Shown here: one piece after another, positions 12,350-25,264 of the stretch
How the letters are laid out: every line of letters begins with the position of its first letter
How positions within the stretch are numbered: the stretch's first letter is position 1
Source: Eledone cirrhosa
Lineage: Eukaryota
DNA: 64,000 nucleotides
Assembly: GCA_964016885.1 (NCBI GenBank)
Contig: OZ024740.1
Location: 367,784,001-367,848,000, forward strand
Reading direction: 5' to 3'
Translations under genes and position numbers: made by a program
The notes under the pieces: model-generated
What the model saw: only the letters and a program-made list of their open reading frames with translations
What the model was told of the DNA's origin: nothing
Database searches by the model: none

Positions 12350-15300
12350 GGCCCTTTCTGCCTGTGTGTTTGTTTGTTTATGTGTGTTCGTATACAGCGT
12401 GGTGATAATGCCACACAAGGGCCAAGTGGAATGGCGGATCCACAGATGGCTATGTAACCATACATTCGCCAATCTTCGATAAGAGTGTTTAAATATCGCA
12501 CATAAACAGTTCGAATAACGGTGAAATGGAGACTAGAACGTCATGTGACAGTCTCTCACCCAACAGGTGCCCCCTGGCTCAGCAGCAGGAACCTGACTGT
12601 CAACCAAATACTGCTGATGTTGGAGGAAGGAGAGAAGGAAAGGGGCCAGAACCAACTGGACGAAAGAATTGAATAGAACTGTTATGCAATGTTACCTGAA
12701 AAGTAACCCCAAGGAGAGGGGCTACAGGAGACGGATGCATAACATCTGGAACGAGATTGGTTTATTTAAATTAGATGAACAAAGATTGGCCGGGCAGGCT
12801 CGGGTAATAAGAACTAATGGGTGGATAGGCGAGCTGGAACTGGAGGAACTGAGCAGAGAGAATGGCTTGGAGATGGCGGGTGTAGTATGCCAGACAAGCG
12901 AGCCAGTGGGAAATGTAGGTGAAGAGGTCCTGAGAACGGAGGAACCACCCGAAGCAGACAATGATCTGAATACTGAGATAAATAATACCTGGAACAGAGA
13001 TACGGCCACTGAGGAGATGAATGCTGACGGGCTAGGACAAGATTCGGTTGACATCCTAAATTTAGTGGTAGATAAATTGAACAATGATAGTGGGAGACCT
13101 ATGAACCTAAGATTTGTAGACAGGAAAAAGTTAAAAGAAACAACAGCTAAGGTAAACAAAGTCATCCCATACCTTGAGGCGAGGAGCCTTCACCAGTGCA
13201 ACAATATCCTCAAAGCAACAGCAAATACGGTGAGGAAACTACTTGGTATAAAAGCGAGAGGAAACAACAGACAAGAAAGAGCAGAGCCGTGGTGGAAGAA
13301 GCGACTGAGTGGGCAAATCGGGGAAATGAGAAATGACATAGGAAAGCTTGAGTCACTACTGAATGGGACACTAAAAAACATAGGCACTAAAAATAGACTG
13401 GAAATAAAATACAAAACTAGGAGTAAAAAGCTAAATATTATCATAGAGGAACTGAAGCAACGCATTGTAGCAAAGAGTGCAAAAATCAGGCGATACGAGA
13501 ACAGAGTCAGTCAGTATAAACAGAACCGCATGTTCGACAACAACCAGAAGATGCTGTTTGGACAGCTTGAGGGGAAAGAAAGAGGCAACGACTTGATCCC
13601 TGGGGCGGAGCAAACTAAAACATCTGGAGAGGAATATGGGAGCAGGATGTTAGACATAATGTCCAGGCAGGGTGGATTGAGACAGTACAGAGGGAGATCG
13701 GTGAGCAGGCACAGCAACAAACTGATTTGAGTATCACAGTTGAAACTCTTAAGGGGCAGGCCAAAAAACTAACCAAATGGAAATCGCCAGGCCCAGATGG
13801 TGTGCAGGGGTATTGGATTAAACATTTAACATCCCTCCACCCGAAGCTGACGGCCATGTTCAATGACTGCTTGGTGTCGGGTGAGGTGGCAGAGTGGTTG
13901 ACAAAAGGTACCACAGTTCTGATAATGAAAGACCGAATCAAGGGTAATGATGTTACCAACTATAGACCTATCACATGTCTGTCCGTAATGTGGAAACTGT
14001 TGACGAGCATTGTGTCTGAGGAAATCTACCATCACCTCCACACAAACAACTTGTTACCGGACGAACAGAAAGGATGCCGAAAGAAGTCACGTGGTACAAA
14101 GGACCAGTTTCTTATTGATAAGATGGTAATGGGGAATTGCAGGAGGAGACACACTGATCTTGCCATGGGATGGATAGACTACAGAAAGGCATTTGACATG
14201 GTGCCTCATTCTTGGATCACCAAAAGCCTGGAGATCTTCAGGGTGGCAGATAACATCAGACAGTTGCTAGGCAGGAGTATGGGGTCCTGGGAGACAGAGT
14301 TGACATCAACTGGAGTATCCTTGGGAAGCGTGAAGATCAAGAGAGGTATCTTCCAGGGAGATAGCCTGTCCCCTCTGTTGTTTGTCCTTGCCCTGATGCC
14401 CTTGACCATTATGCTGCGAAAAGTGAGAGCAGGATACAAGTTGGGAAGGGGAGAGCTTACCATCAATCACCTCCTCTTCATGGACGATCTTAAGCTCTTC
14501 GGGAAAAGTGAGAAGGAGTTGGATGTGCTTGTTGACACTGTCCGTATTTTCAGCAGTGATATATGTATGCAGTTTGGTATTGGTAAATGTGGAGTCATTG
14601 TGATGAGGAGGGGTAGGTTGAGCAGAAGTAACGGGATCCAGATACCAACAGGTGAGATGATAAAGGAAATTGACTCTGAGGAAGGATACAAGTATTTGGG
14701 CGTTCCGGAGGCTGATGGCATAAAGAACAAAAAAATGAAGGAATTGTTAAAAACTGAATACATTCGGAGAGTAAGGAGCGTATTGAAGTCACATCTGAAC
14801 AGCAGAAATGCCATAAGCGCAGTAAATTCCCGAGCTGTGTCTATTATTAGGTACAGTGCGGGAATTCTGAGATGGAATGTTGCTGAACAAAAAGAAATGG
14901 ATAGGAAGACTAGGAAGCTATTGACTATCTACAACATGTTCCACAAGAGGAGTGATGTCGATAGACTCTACCTAAGGAGATCTGAGGGTCGAAGAGGTCT
15001 TATCAGCATAGAGGACCGTGTTCAGATGGAGAAAAACAACCTATACAAATACGTGACCTATAGTAAGGAGCCAATGCTCAGAACTGTACTGAAGGAGGGG
15101 ACAGTAGGCCAGGGGATGTCCAAGGAGGAAATAACATCAAGGAGGAAGAGCAGCCTTAAGGGAAAATCTCTTCATAGTACCTTCTTTGAGAAAACTGAAT
15201 TTAGAGATCCACAGAGATCCACTGGTTGAGAAGAGGAGACCTCAAAAAGGCTACAGAAGGAATGCTAATGGCTGCGCAGGAGCAGGCCCTGAAAACGAAG

Positions 15301-15988
15301 TGGTTGAAGCAACATATTTACAAGGAGGAGGCTAGCACACTGTGCAGGATCTGTGGAGAGAGAGAGGAGACTGTGACTCACATTGTGTCCGAGTGTAAAC
15401 ACCTAGCCCAGACCCACTATAAGGGCTGGAGACACGATGTGATGGGCAGGGTGATCCACTGGCACCTGTGCAAAGTAAACAATTTACCACATTCTGAGAA
15501 ATGGTATGAGCATAGTCCAGAGGCGGTGATGGAGAACAATCAGGTGAAGGTGCTGTGGGATTTTAGGATACAGACGGACAAAAAACTGGAACACAATAGA
15601 CCTGACCTGGTGGTTGTGGACAAAGAAAAAAGATCGTGTCTGATTGTGGATGTGGCCTGCCCGTTCGACACGAGAGTGCAAGAGAAGGAGAGGGAAAAAA
15701 TTAACCGATACCAGGACCTAAAGTGGGAGGTGAAAAGGATTTGGAACTGCCATGAAGTCAAAGTGATCCCGATTGTCGTAGGCGCACAGGGGACTATCTC
15801 CAAAAGTTTCCAGGGATGGTTAAAGAAAATCGGCCCCTTCACGCTTTTTGGAACGCTTCAAAAGGCATGCTTGCTTGGAACAGCAAGAACCCTCCGATAC
15901 GTCCTGAATATCTGAGGCTGCAGGTAGTGGCTTGATATTCAATCCAACGGACTTTCCAGTTAACCAACATCAATGACTGAGATTCAAG

Positions 15989-15990
<2 letters not shown>
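12350..15990 (+). mobile_element. R4/Dong-clade non-LTR retrotransposon (RT + restriction-like endonuclease)
   Basis: N-terminal RTNWTKELNRTVMQCY motif; RT motifs KSPGPDG, YRPITCL, QGDSLSP and FMDD; CCHC finger CRIC..H..SEC; RHD; PD..D..EK endonuclease motifs. The 3' end runs into (TAA)n at 15990-16061, the known Dong target. The 5' boundary is uncertain. Confidence 0.9.
12526..15915 (+). pseudogene. Single RT-RLE ORF broken by frameshifts
   Basis: ORFs 12669-13730, 13727-15229 and 15226-15915 are consecutive parts of one protein, with frameshifts near 13620 and 15215 and further disruption near the start. Confidence 0.85.
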
Positions 15991-16062
<72 letters not shown>

Positions 16063-17401
16063 CTGCCACAATTTAGAACTTCTTATTCAAATCAAAATTT
16101 TATTTTGTTCTTTCGGATCCTAATTCATAATTTGAACTTTCCAGAGTAATATACATTGTTATACATGTTGACAGTCCAGTTTTTCAGTTTCATCATACAG
16201 AAATGTTGTATGACCGTTCATATGCTTATTTGCATTAGTGAATATTCAGTGTTTTGTTTCTTTCGAAAAATGCAAATGCCAATAATTACTGGGACATACT
16301 GATATAGACAAATATTATTTTTGGTGGGCTCAACTTATTTCATAATATATTAAGCTACTTTTAGCCGTCATTCCTCAGTAAATGTTTTAAAACTTGTTGC
16401 CGTAAATATCTTTTCACAGGATCTTGTCATTAAATCCGTAGTGTATGTTAATGATAAAGATTAACAGGATATCAGATTTTTCATTGTATCAATATTTCTG
16501 CATGCTATTGGAGGGGTTATAAAAAAGAAAGAGAATGTTAAAACAAAGTATCGTAAATAATAATGTCAGAGATTTCTAACACTTGAAAGGGAGGGATAAT
16601 CAATTATATCGAGATTCAACTGCACAACACGATCCCATACCCACACACATACTAATTTTGTCATTGCTTTGGAAGTCCTCTTGTATACCTGGGTTTCATG
16701 TAGTCTCGTACACAGTTGAGATCAACGATAACTGGCAGGTACATTTTTTAGTCCCAGTACGAATAAAATGTAAAGTACTACAAATGTGAGATATGAATCC
16801 GGGGCGTAAAGCATCATAAACAAATATCTCGATGAATTTCGTGCGACAGGCTATCAGATCTGCATAGGTAAGCAAAAACAGAAAAGAAATATAATAAAAT
16901 ATCGAGAAATTATAATAGATATCCCATTATATGTATTTATAACATAACAAAATATGATTAAAATATATTTTAAAAATATTTTTCTGTGATAAATATTTTT
17001 CTATTAGCATTTTCTACTGTTTTCTTATTTTCATAATACACACAGACACACACACACACACACAGAGGCACACACACACACACGCACACGCACACACCCA
17101 CACGCACACACGCACACACACATGCACACACGCACACACACACATACACACACACACACACACACATACACACACACATATATATGTATATATATATATA
17201 TATATATGCTGCATAACAATAATTCATTTATTCATTGCAAAACATTAAAATAAAAATGAAAAACAAAACGTTAATGAATATGCGGTAACTAGCAAAGCAG
17301 CGTAATAAAAAAACGAAGAAAAGGGGGCAAAGGGACATGTTATGTTGGATAATGGAGCAAAGTGTTAATGTCAGTGAAGCAGTCACGCGTGGTAAGAATT
17401 G

Positions 17402-17436
<35 letters not shown>

Positions 17437-18559
17437 TATGGTAATTCTCTATAAAATAACGAAAAAAGAAAGAAGAATGAAAGAATGTAAATGCTCATCT
17501 ACCAGAGTTAAGTTGCAGATAGAAATTATTTCAAAATTGAAATAACATGCAAATATGCGCATTAATCTAAAAGACAGATGATACACCACAGGGAAATGTA
17601 ATTATATAATGGGTTCGCTATAAAAAAAAACCCCTGATATCTGAACACCTATTTGATTAAAATGCTTCCTATAAAAGAAAAAAAAAAGAAAAAAAAAGAA
17701 TACAGAAACAAATTTACCATTTTAACAGCTACCAAACTGGTATCAATGTAGAAACGATAAGAAGCTTCGATAACCAAAATCATTAGCCATACAGAAAATA
17801 AAATTTTGAAGCAATATGAAATACTAATTAATGTAATTGCTTCTTGCACATCAGTATCTCTGAGAGAAAGAATGGAAGTGATATCTGAAATTTATCCCTA
17901 CCGACTAGCTTGAAAGTCTTCAGGTATAATTAACCGAAAACAAAAGTGCAATGGGACAAACAAAATTACTTCGAATCTAATTCATACTTCGATAATTTTA
18001 ATGTATTATGTTTACACATAATGTATGATGTTTACACATAAACCGAAACTCAAGTGTCATTAATTCTTTCTTAAGTGCAATATTAGAGACATAAGTAATT
18101 TCTGAATACCGACATGAATACACCGAAATGTGGTTATCTATCGATGAAATATTTTCTGATAATTATGCATTTAAAATGTTTCAATTTAATCAAGACACGT
18201 GTTGTTTCTGCGGTACGAAGCTGAAAATCCCAGCTCGGTTCATTTATTCCAAAATTCTCAATTTCCTTCAATAGTTTAATGTGTATGTTAGAGTCTTCCC
18301 ATTTGATATTGAACAGATTTGACCACTTTGTTAATAATATTGGAGGCAATAACGTAGCAAATATTATTGGATGGTTGTATATAATAGGTTATGAGTTCAA
18401 ATGTCTCAGTTGCCCCTCACAATTTAATAGACGCAAACCGTCACCGATTTTAAAGGTGCTAACAAACAGTTGTTTGCATTTAATGGACTCCACTCTGTTG
18501 CAAACACTGGTACCATGTTTGTTTTGTGAATACCGTCCGCTATCTGTCCAAAGAATGCA

Positions 18560-18960
18560 TGCTCCCTAGTCATTCATCCTTATTGAGAAAACCATAACTG
18601 CTCGAACAATCCTCCTTCTACTTAACTCATTCTAAGCACACTACATTAACAATACTTTCTTGTCCACTTGTCTTCACTCTCCTCCAGGTCATATCATCCC
18701 AGAAGGCTCTTCCATCGATCCTGCAACATGTCTGCTCACTTATATTACCTTAGTCTTAATACCGACCCATCCAGTTCTTCTCCTTATGGCCTCTGAATTC
18801 CTTGTTTTTGTTTATATTTCCTCTATCCTCGCCTTCTTTATATGATTTTCGTACTCTCCCGTCCACCTCTTCAATTTCGACATATGCCTTATTAATTTCA
18901 TTTTCCCAACCGTTCTACTTTCTTATGCCACTTACTTCCCAAGCTGCTCAATATTTTAAC
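18560..18960 (-). mobile_element. Degenerate RTE-like LINE 3' fragment
   Basis: The minus strand retains remnants such as WVG..EGMI.PGGE.RQV resembling RTE C-termini. Highly decayed. Confidence 0.35.
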
Positions 18961-19609
18961 TCTTTGTAATGGTATATATAGACTTTGTTTGCGAGAACAA
19001 TCAGTCTCTATTGCAGAAATGATTGTTAAATGTTTGGTTGCATTAAAAGGAAGAAAACACACGAAGTATAATAATTCTAAACAAAATATTCATTCGATTA
19101 AATAAATAATAAATGAATAGATAAATCAATGAATCATTTTTATTGTGGATTACTACAATCACCCGATCTGGATATAGATACATACACATTTACATAAATA
19201 CATACATATGTTCATACTCACATACGTACATATATACATACGTAGATGTTCATGCATACGCAATATGTTCATACACACGCGCATAATTACATGCATACAT
19301 ATATGCTTAAATACATATGAATGTGTCTCACATTTATTCACTTGCCTGTGCTGCTATTATACCTTTGCAGCCTGGTCGAGAAGTACTATAACCAAACACA
19401 CCCCAGCTCTTGTCATTCAAGATCGTCTTACATGTTATGTAATTAGAGGATGGGCTGTGTATAGGTAAAGCTTTCGTTGCGTAGTGATTTATAATTGATT
19501 CATATATAATTTTTTCATGTGCGTATACCTGTTGGAGAGATAGATTGCTAGGAATAGTAGTGATTAGAACACAATTATTAATTTTACGGATTTGCATCAC
19601 ATTTATAAT

Positions 19610-19916
19610 TGTTGCTACATTTGGCACAAGGCCAGCAATTACCCAGTACATTACTGGTACCCTATTTTATCGATCCTGTAAGGATGAAAGGCAAAGTTAA
19701 CCTCGGCGGGATTTGAACTCAGTTCGTAAAGGGACGTAACTGTGCTGCAAAGCATGGCGTATGACCTGGTATTTGCTTCACATTTATAATTGTTTCTACT
19801 TTAGGCACAAGGCCAGCAATTACCCAGGGCATTACTGGTACTTTATTTTATCGACCCCATAAGGATGAAAGGCAAAGTCAACCTCGGCGGGATTTGAAAT
19901 CAGATCGTAAAGGGGT
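19610..19916 (-). mobile_element. Two tandem 5'-truncated SINE copies
   Basis: SINE consensus at 19610-19765 and 19791-19916. The target tcacatttataat is present three times. Confidence 0.85.
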
Positions 19917-20415
19917 TTCACATTTATAATGGAACTTTTTTGTGTGCCATTTTGAGTTACGATATTACGAAATTTAATAAGTGAGTTTCAGTGTAGCAAT
20001 TAAATCAACTCATTAAATGAATCATCTGCAGCTTTGATGATTTATAAATAAGACTTAAAATTCTAATTCAATTATCTTAATTAACATATATTAAATGTCT
20101 CTTCAGAAAATTGTTCTTTAAAGTTAAACTGAAAATCCCAAAAGGCAAATTACTACGTTAAAACAAAGTACATCAACAATAATTCGAAATCACAAACATC
20201 GATGGAAATGAGGTGAAAGGTCGTATTCACTAGCTATGAATTGTATACCACCTAACTGGTAGTAGTCACGAGCTCACTGATATATATATATAACAATCCT
20301 AAGTGGGCTGGATAAGAATTATATATATATATATTTATAATATATGTATATATAAAAACCCATGGAGCACATATTTATTATAAGAACAGATGAAAGTTAA
20401 AGCAAAGAATCGGTG

Positions 20416-20549
<134 letters not shown>

Positions 20550-23500
20550 TCGGAAAATATTGTTTTGGTAATCGTTGTATTTAGTTACGATGGAGAATTT
20601 TATAAAAATCACAAAATAAAATGCTGAGATTACATATATTGTTTAATCATTATAATTATTTCCACGGTTCTCCATGCAGTCGAGATGTCCTTCATGCATT
20701 TGCTGTTGATTATAAGAATGTTATCCTCAGATGAAAATCCGATATGTTTGATATGTCGCTGGCAGGAAAAAATACACGTCCTATTGCTTGTGTGCCTAGC
20801 AGACATATGAGGTCCGTGAAGGGTTTGCCAGACATCGTGTTTGCTAGAAACATCTATTAACGAAAAAAACGAAAAAAATCGAGAAACTGTGTGTAGCCAA
20901 AACGCAGTAGACAGTGGAAGCAATAAGTGGAGCTCTGAGGGAGGGTCGGGTATAAGTACTGAACTAAATGCACTTTGCTGAACAGTCATATCATGGCTCA
21001 CACATATTTTGACTGTGATGCGATTTAAATCTATATTTATGAAGTATATGTTAATTAAAGGTTTCTCCTAAATCAAAAGCGGCACAAAATGCGACTAATT
21101 TGAAAGTAAGTAGATTAACGGATAAACATAGTGTTTCCAATAATGGTAATTATTCATGGTCTTGATTCTGTAAAGAAAACAGTTATCGTGTAAATTAGAT
21201 AAGTACCAGAAGTGAATATTATTGTGTAAATTATACATGTAGTAGAGGTGAATATTGATTATTTAGAATGTTATTTCTACTCCCTTATCATTATTCATTA
21301 TGTCCCTACGTTCCTTCCAGGTTAATTATTGGTTTTATTACTATTTCATCGGGCTTCAGTGGGCTGGTACATTGAATAATTATTAGTTGTCTATACAAAC
21401 GGTTTCATCAGAATACAATATGTCCTACTCTCTAATGAAACTGAATTGTTTCATTTTGATAGCGGCATGTGGGTGTATGAAATAATGAACCGGAATGGCG
21501 TTTAAGCTTTATATTTATATGGAGCACATTTTATTGGTCACAGACTGAGCCGATTGTTTTCATAAGCAAAATGCCTTGCAATTAATTACTGCCATTTTAA
21601 GGGGCGTCAGTTGCTTATATGGAGAGGTAATCTCATTTTATTGTGTGACTATAATTGTTTGCGGAATATTAGGTCATTCGCCGGGAACATTATACTCCTC
21701 AGATCTCTCTTGGCCTCAACCTTTAGACATCTATTTCCGAATAGTTGAAAGCTCTTTATACTTCTATGAAACCAGGAATATATGTTATGTTATTTATTAC
21801 ATTTATTGGGAAATTAATAACGTACGTTTAGACCACGTACGCCTGCTCGTAATCACTGTTGCTTAATGTTCTAATAATTGTAGAAGTTTAGAAATGTTAT
21901 TTGTGATGCACGTTGGTAACTTCTTTTTCATGTTGAAAATCAACAAAACCTATATTTCTAAAATGGTACGTATTGACTAAAAGATAGGCGAATACTTGTT
22001 TTCATTTTCCGTTAAATCATCAAGCGCTTATCTATGTCGTTTCTACATATTTGCAAAACTTTAGTTTGTTTTTATTTGAAAGTGATAATTATTGATAGAA
22101 ATTTAATTTATGAATCAATATTTGTATTAGTTTATCTAAATGTGAGAAGTATTGATGAAAGATTTATGTGCTTATTTAATCTGAAACAAACTTGATTCAT
22201 CATTATTTAAACCTATAATTAACATTTTCTCGAAATTCCTTTTTCTATGCTTTTTTTCAATGTAAAGACAGTAACTTTCATATTTTCAGACTTTATATCT
22301 GACACTTGAAAGTTCAATTCACCTAATTGTCAATTTATATTTGTACAGGAAAGATTTTAGATGAGGGAACTCTAAAGATGGTCCAGATTCTTGCAAAATC
22401 TTAGGATTGGACTAATATATTAAAAAGGTACTTTAGAGGTAAGGCGCATTGGATGTTATGAAAAAAAGAAAAACGTATGAGTTATGCAGGTGTGAATGCA
22501 AGCAATCCGTAATTAGACTATTCTGAGGAGCAGAAACCTTAGTCCTAATGTACAAAGGTTGGTGAAAAGAAAGAGGCCGCCTACACATTTTAATTGTAGT
22601 AATGGACTGGTGAGAGAATATTTGCTTTCATTGGGTGTATATTAGGGAATTAAAGTTGCCATTAGTTTAGGCGATAAAAAGCATACGTTAAAACTGAATT
22701 TCTTGACTTACTCTTTTTAAAGTCTAAACAAATGGCAACTTTTATTCACTAATATACATTCGATCAAATCTATAACCAGTGATCCTTTTGTAATCTCCAG
22801 AACGTTAATCAGCTGACATATATAACGGCACCCAGTAAAATCCATTTAATTAGAACGATGGTGATGCAGGCCACATATAGTTCTTAGAGTACATATAAAG
22901 TTAACACTGACTTTCTTCATTATTTTTCAAAATACGATATCTATTTTACCGCCCAAAACCGCAAAAAACAATTTAATTCCCCACGTGTAAAGGCATGCCA
23001 GGATGAAAAAGGATGTGCTGCGTCATGTGGATAAGTTAAACAGAGGGTGAATGCAGGGAGGATGGTCTGACAAGATCCATACACGGAAGAGTCAACCATA
23101 TGCCATTTATCATAGAGAGGATATTTCATTTTTGTGGGGCTCTGATAAATTTGGATGTCTCCAAACTTTTAATCTCAATGAAAGAAATCTCTCAGAGAAG
23201 CAATATAATATATTAACATTAAAAGAGAAAAAGAATTTATTCTGGATGTATAAAAGATATAGACCAAACAATTAGAGTTTGTTCTCATTAAATTTTAATT
23301 CGCTGCTATTTCTAGCGACATTATAAGCCTATAAATTAGTTATAATATCTTAAAAGATTTGAGAACGTAACTCCACACGTGTCATTATATCACAATGGTT
23401 CCTCGGCATTGGAAACAGTATGTATTATATCTTGTTCCATTTCTCTTAGACTTGAAGATTTTACTCCTCTGAAGAGTATGGCGGATTCTTGAATTATTGG

Positions 23501-23659
23501 TAGTTCCATTAAAACATCTTCTCCATACGAAATCATGGAAAGGAAATCTATATATCAGTGAAATTAGATAGACAATTGTTTTCGTCTATCTTGTTGATAC
23601 ACTCAGAATTAGAGCTTTTTCCTCAGTTAATGTACACACAAACACACAAACACACACGC

Positions 23660-23749
<90 letters not shown>

Positions 23750-23945
23750 TATTAACAAACCACTTTCCACTGATTGACCTCGATGTCACATGATTGATTC
23801 TTTTTGAATTTGCCACCGACGCAGAGGCAGTGATTTTCTCAAGGCTAGGAATTCAGTCCACGCTTTGCTATTTCCTATCCACTGAATTATTTATGTATAA
23901 GTTTCCAGAGTCCTCGCTTTGCCTGGATACTTAGCTGAGAATAGT

Positions 23946-24025
23946 CTTCCCTGACGACGAAATGCTTCTCGATATTTTCTTCGGAAAGTATATTTATTCC
24001 ATTTCAGAAACTAATTAGTTGGGAG
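23946..24025 (+). ncRNA. Type I hammerhead motif with extended stem II (family B), copy 1
   Basis: cuucc CUGACGA c-gaaaug...cauuuc-a GAA ACUAAUUAGU U gggag. Confidence 0.6.
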
Positions 24026-24467
24026 TGAAATTTTAGTAAGTAAGTTCATTTTATAATTTTCTTATTTTACGTCTCTCATATTATTGTTCTGCAACCCCAT
24101 GCATTGAACCACACAGTTACTAAGACAAAACCTATATATTTGCTAGCATTGATATGCATCTGTATGTATATATATGTAACTAGATATTAATTCTTTATTA
24201 TTATCTCCAAATTATTTGTCGAGCAATATTGGCCAAGACTGCTGCTATGGTAGCAGGCAGGCCGCTGTCTTATTAACAAACCACTTTCTACTGATTGACC
24301 TCGATGTCACGTGATTGATTCTTTTTGAATTTGCCACCGACGCAGAGGCAGTGATTTTCTCAATGGCTAGGAATTCAGTCCACGCTTTGCTATTTCCTAT
24401 CCACTGAATTATTTTTGTATAAGTTTCCAGAGTCCTCGCTTTGCCTGGATACTTAGCTGAGAATAGT

Positions 24468-24547
24468 CTTCCCTGACGACGAAATGCTTCTCGATATTTT
24501 ATTCGGAAAGTATATTTATTCCATTTCAGAAACTAATTAGTTGGGAG
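24468..24547 (+). ncRNA. Type I hammerhead motif (family B), copy 2
   Basis: Same core and stems as 23946-24025, 522 nt downstream. Confidence 0.6.
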
Positions 24548-24602
24548 TGAAATTTTAGTAAGTAAGTTAATTTTATAATTTTCTTATTTTACGTCTCTCA
24601 TA

Positions 24603-24677
<75 letters not shown>

Positions 24678-25184
24678 TGTCAGGGAGTTGACTCGACTCG
24701 AAGGAAGGAAGAGAAGATGGGAAGAAGGAAAAAGAATGTATGAGATTAAACAGGTCACAAACATTAAATAATTTTCTTCAGATCTCAACTTTTGCAGTTT
24801 CGACAAACTAATGGGATTACTGCGGGGAATATAAGGCTCGTAACGTAGAAACAAATATCTTCGTTCATATAATGTTTGTGTTGATACAGGTTAGAGAGAG
24901 AGAGGAAGATGAAGTGCGTCTGTCGACCCCAAGTCGTCGCGAGAAAAGAAGAATATTGGCGTCGAAGTAGAGCTGGCCTGTAGAAGAGAGAGATGGGTGG
25001 GAAGAATGCGACAGTGGGAGGGAGGGGGAGAATTGAGAGGGAGCAGTGAGAGAGAATGGAGGGAAAGAAAGAATGAATGCACGGTGGACAGAAGAAGAGG
25101 GAAGAAAAGGCAACTCACCTGGCATGACACCAGTTGGCGCTGGAAGTCTCAGATAGCTCTTGAAGGTTTAAACACGATTTGACA
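24678..25184. mobile_element. Possible solo LTR
   Basis: About 500 bp, GC-richer, bounded by TGTCA...TGACA. No clear target-site duplication. Confidence 0.3.
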
Positions 25185-25264
25185 TCATAAATCTTGCAAT
25201 ACAAACACATAAACATATATAAGTCTCTCTCTCTCTACTACATATATATATATATACATATATA

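Larger units (their letters stand above)
23749..24603 (+). mobile_element. Partial tandem of a roughly 522-bp hammerhead-bearing unit (retrozyme or Penelope pseudo-LTR-like)
   Basis: 23749-24081 repeats almost exactly at 24270-24603. It is flanked by TA arrays on both sides. Confidence 0.75.

Noticed and set aside
20630-21001. 123-aa minus-strand ORF in slightly GC-richer unique sequence
   Set aside because: No homology cue or convincing splice sites. It could be UTR or regulatory sequence but cannot be supported.
22349-22427. Possible plus-strand exon (tttgtacag|...aaag|gtactt)
   Set aside because: Splice-like motifs only, with no supporting reading frame or partner exons.
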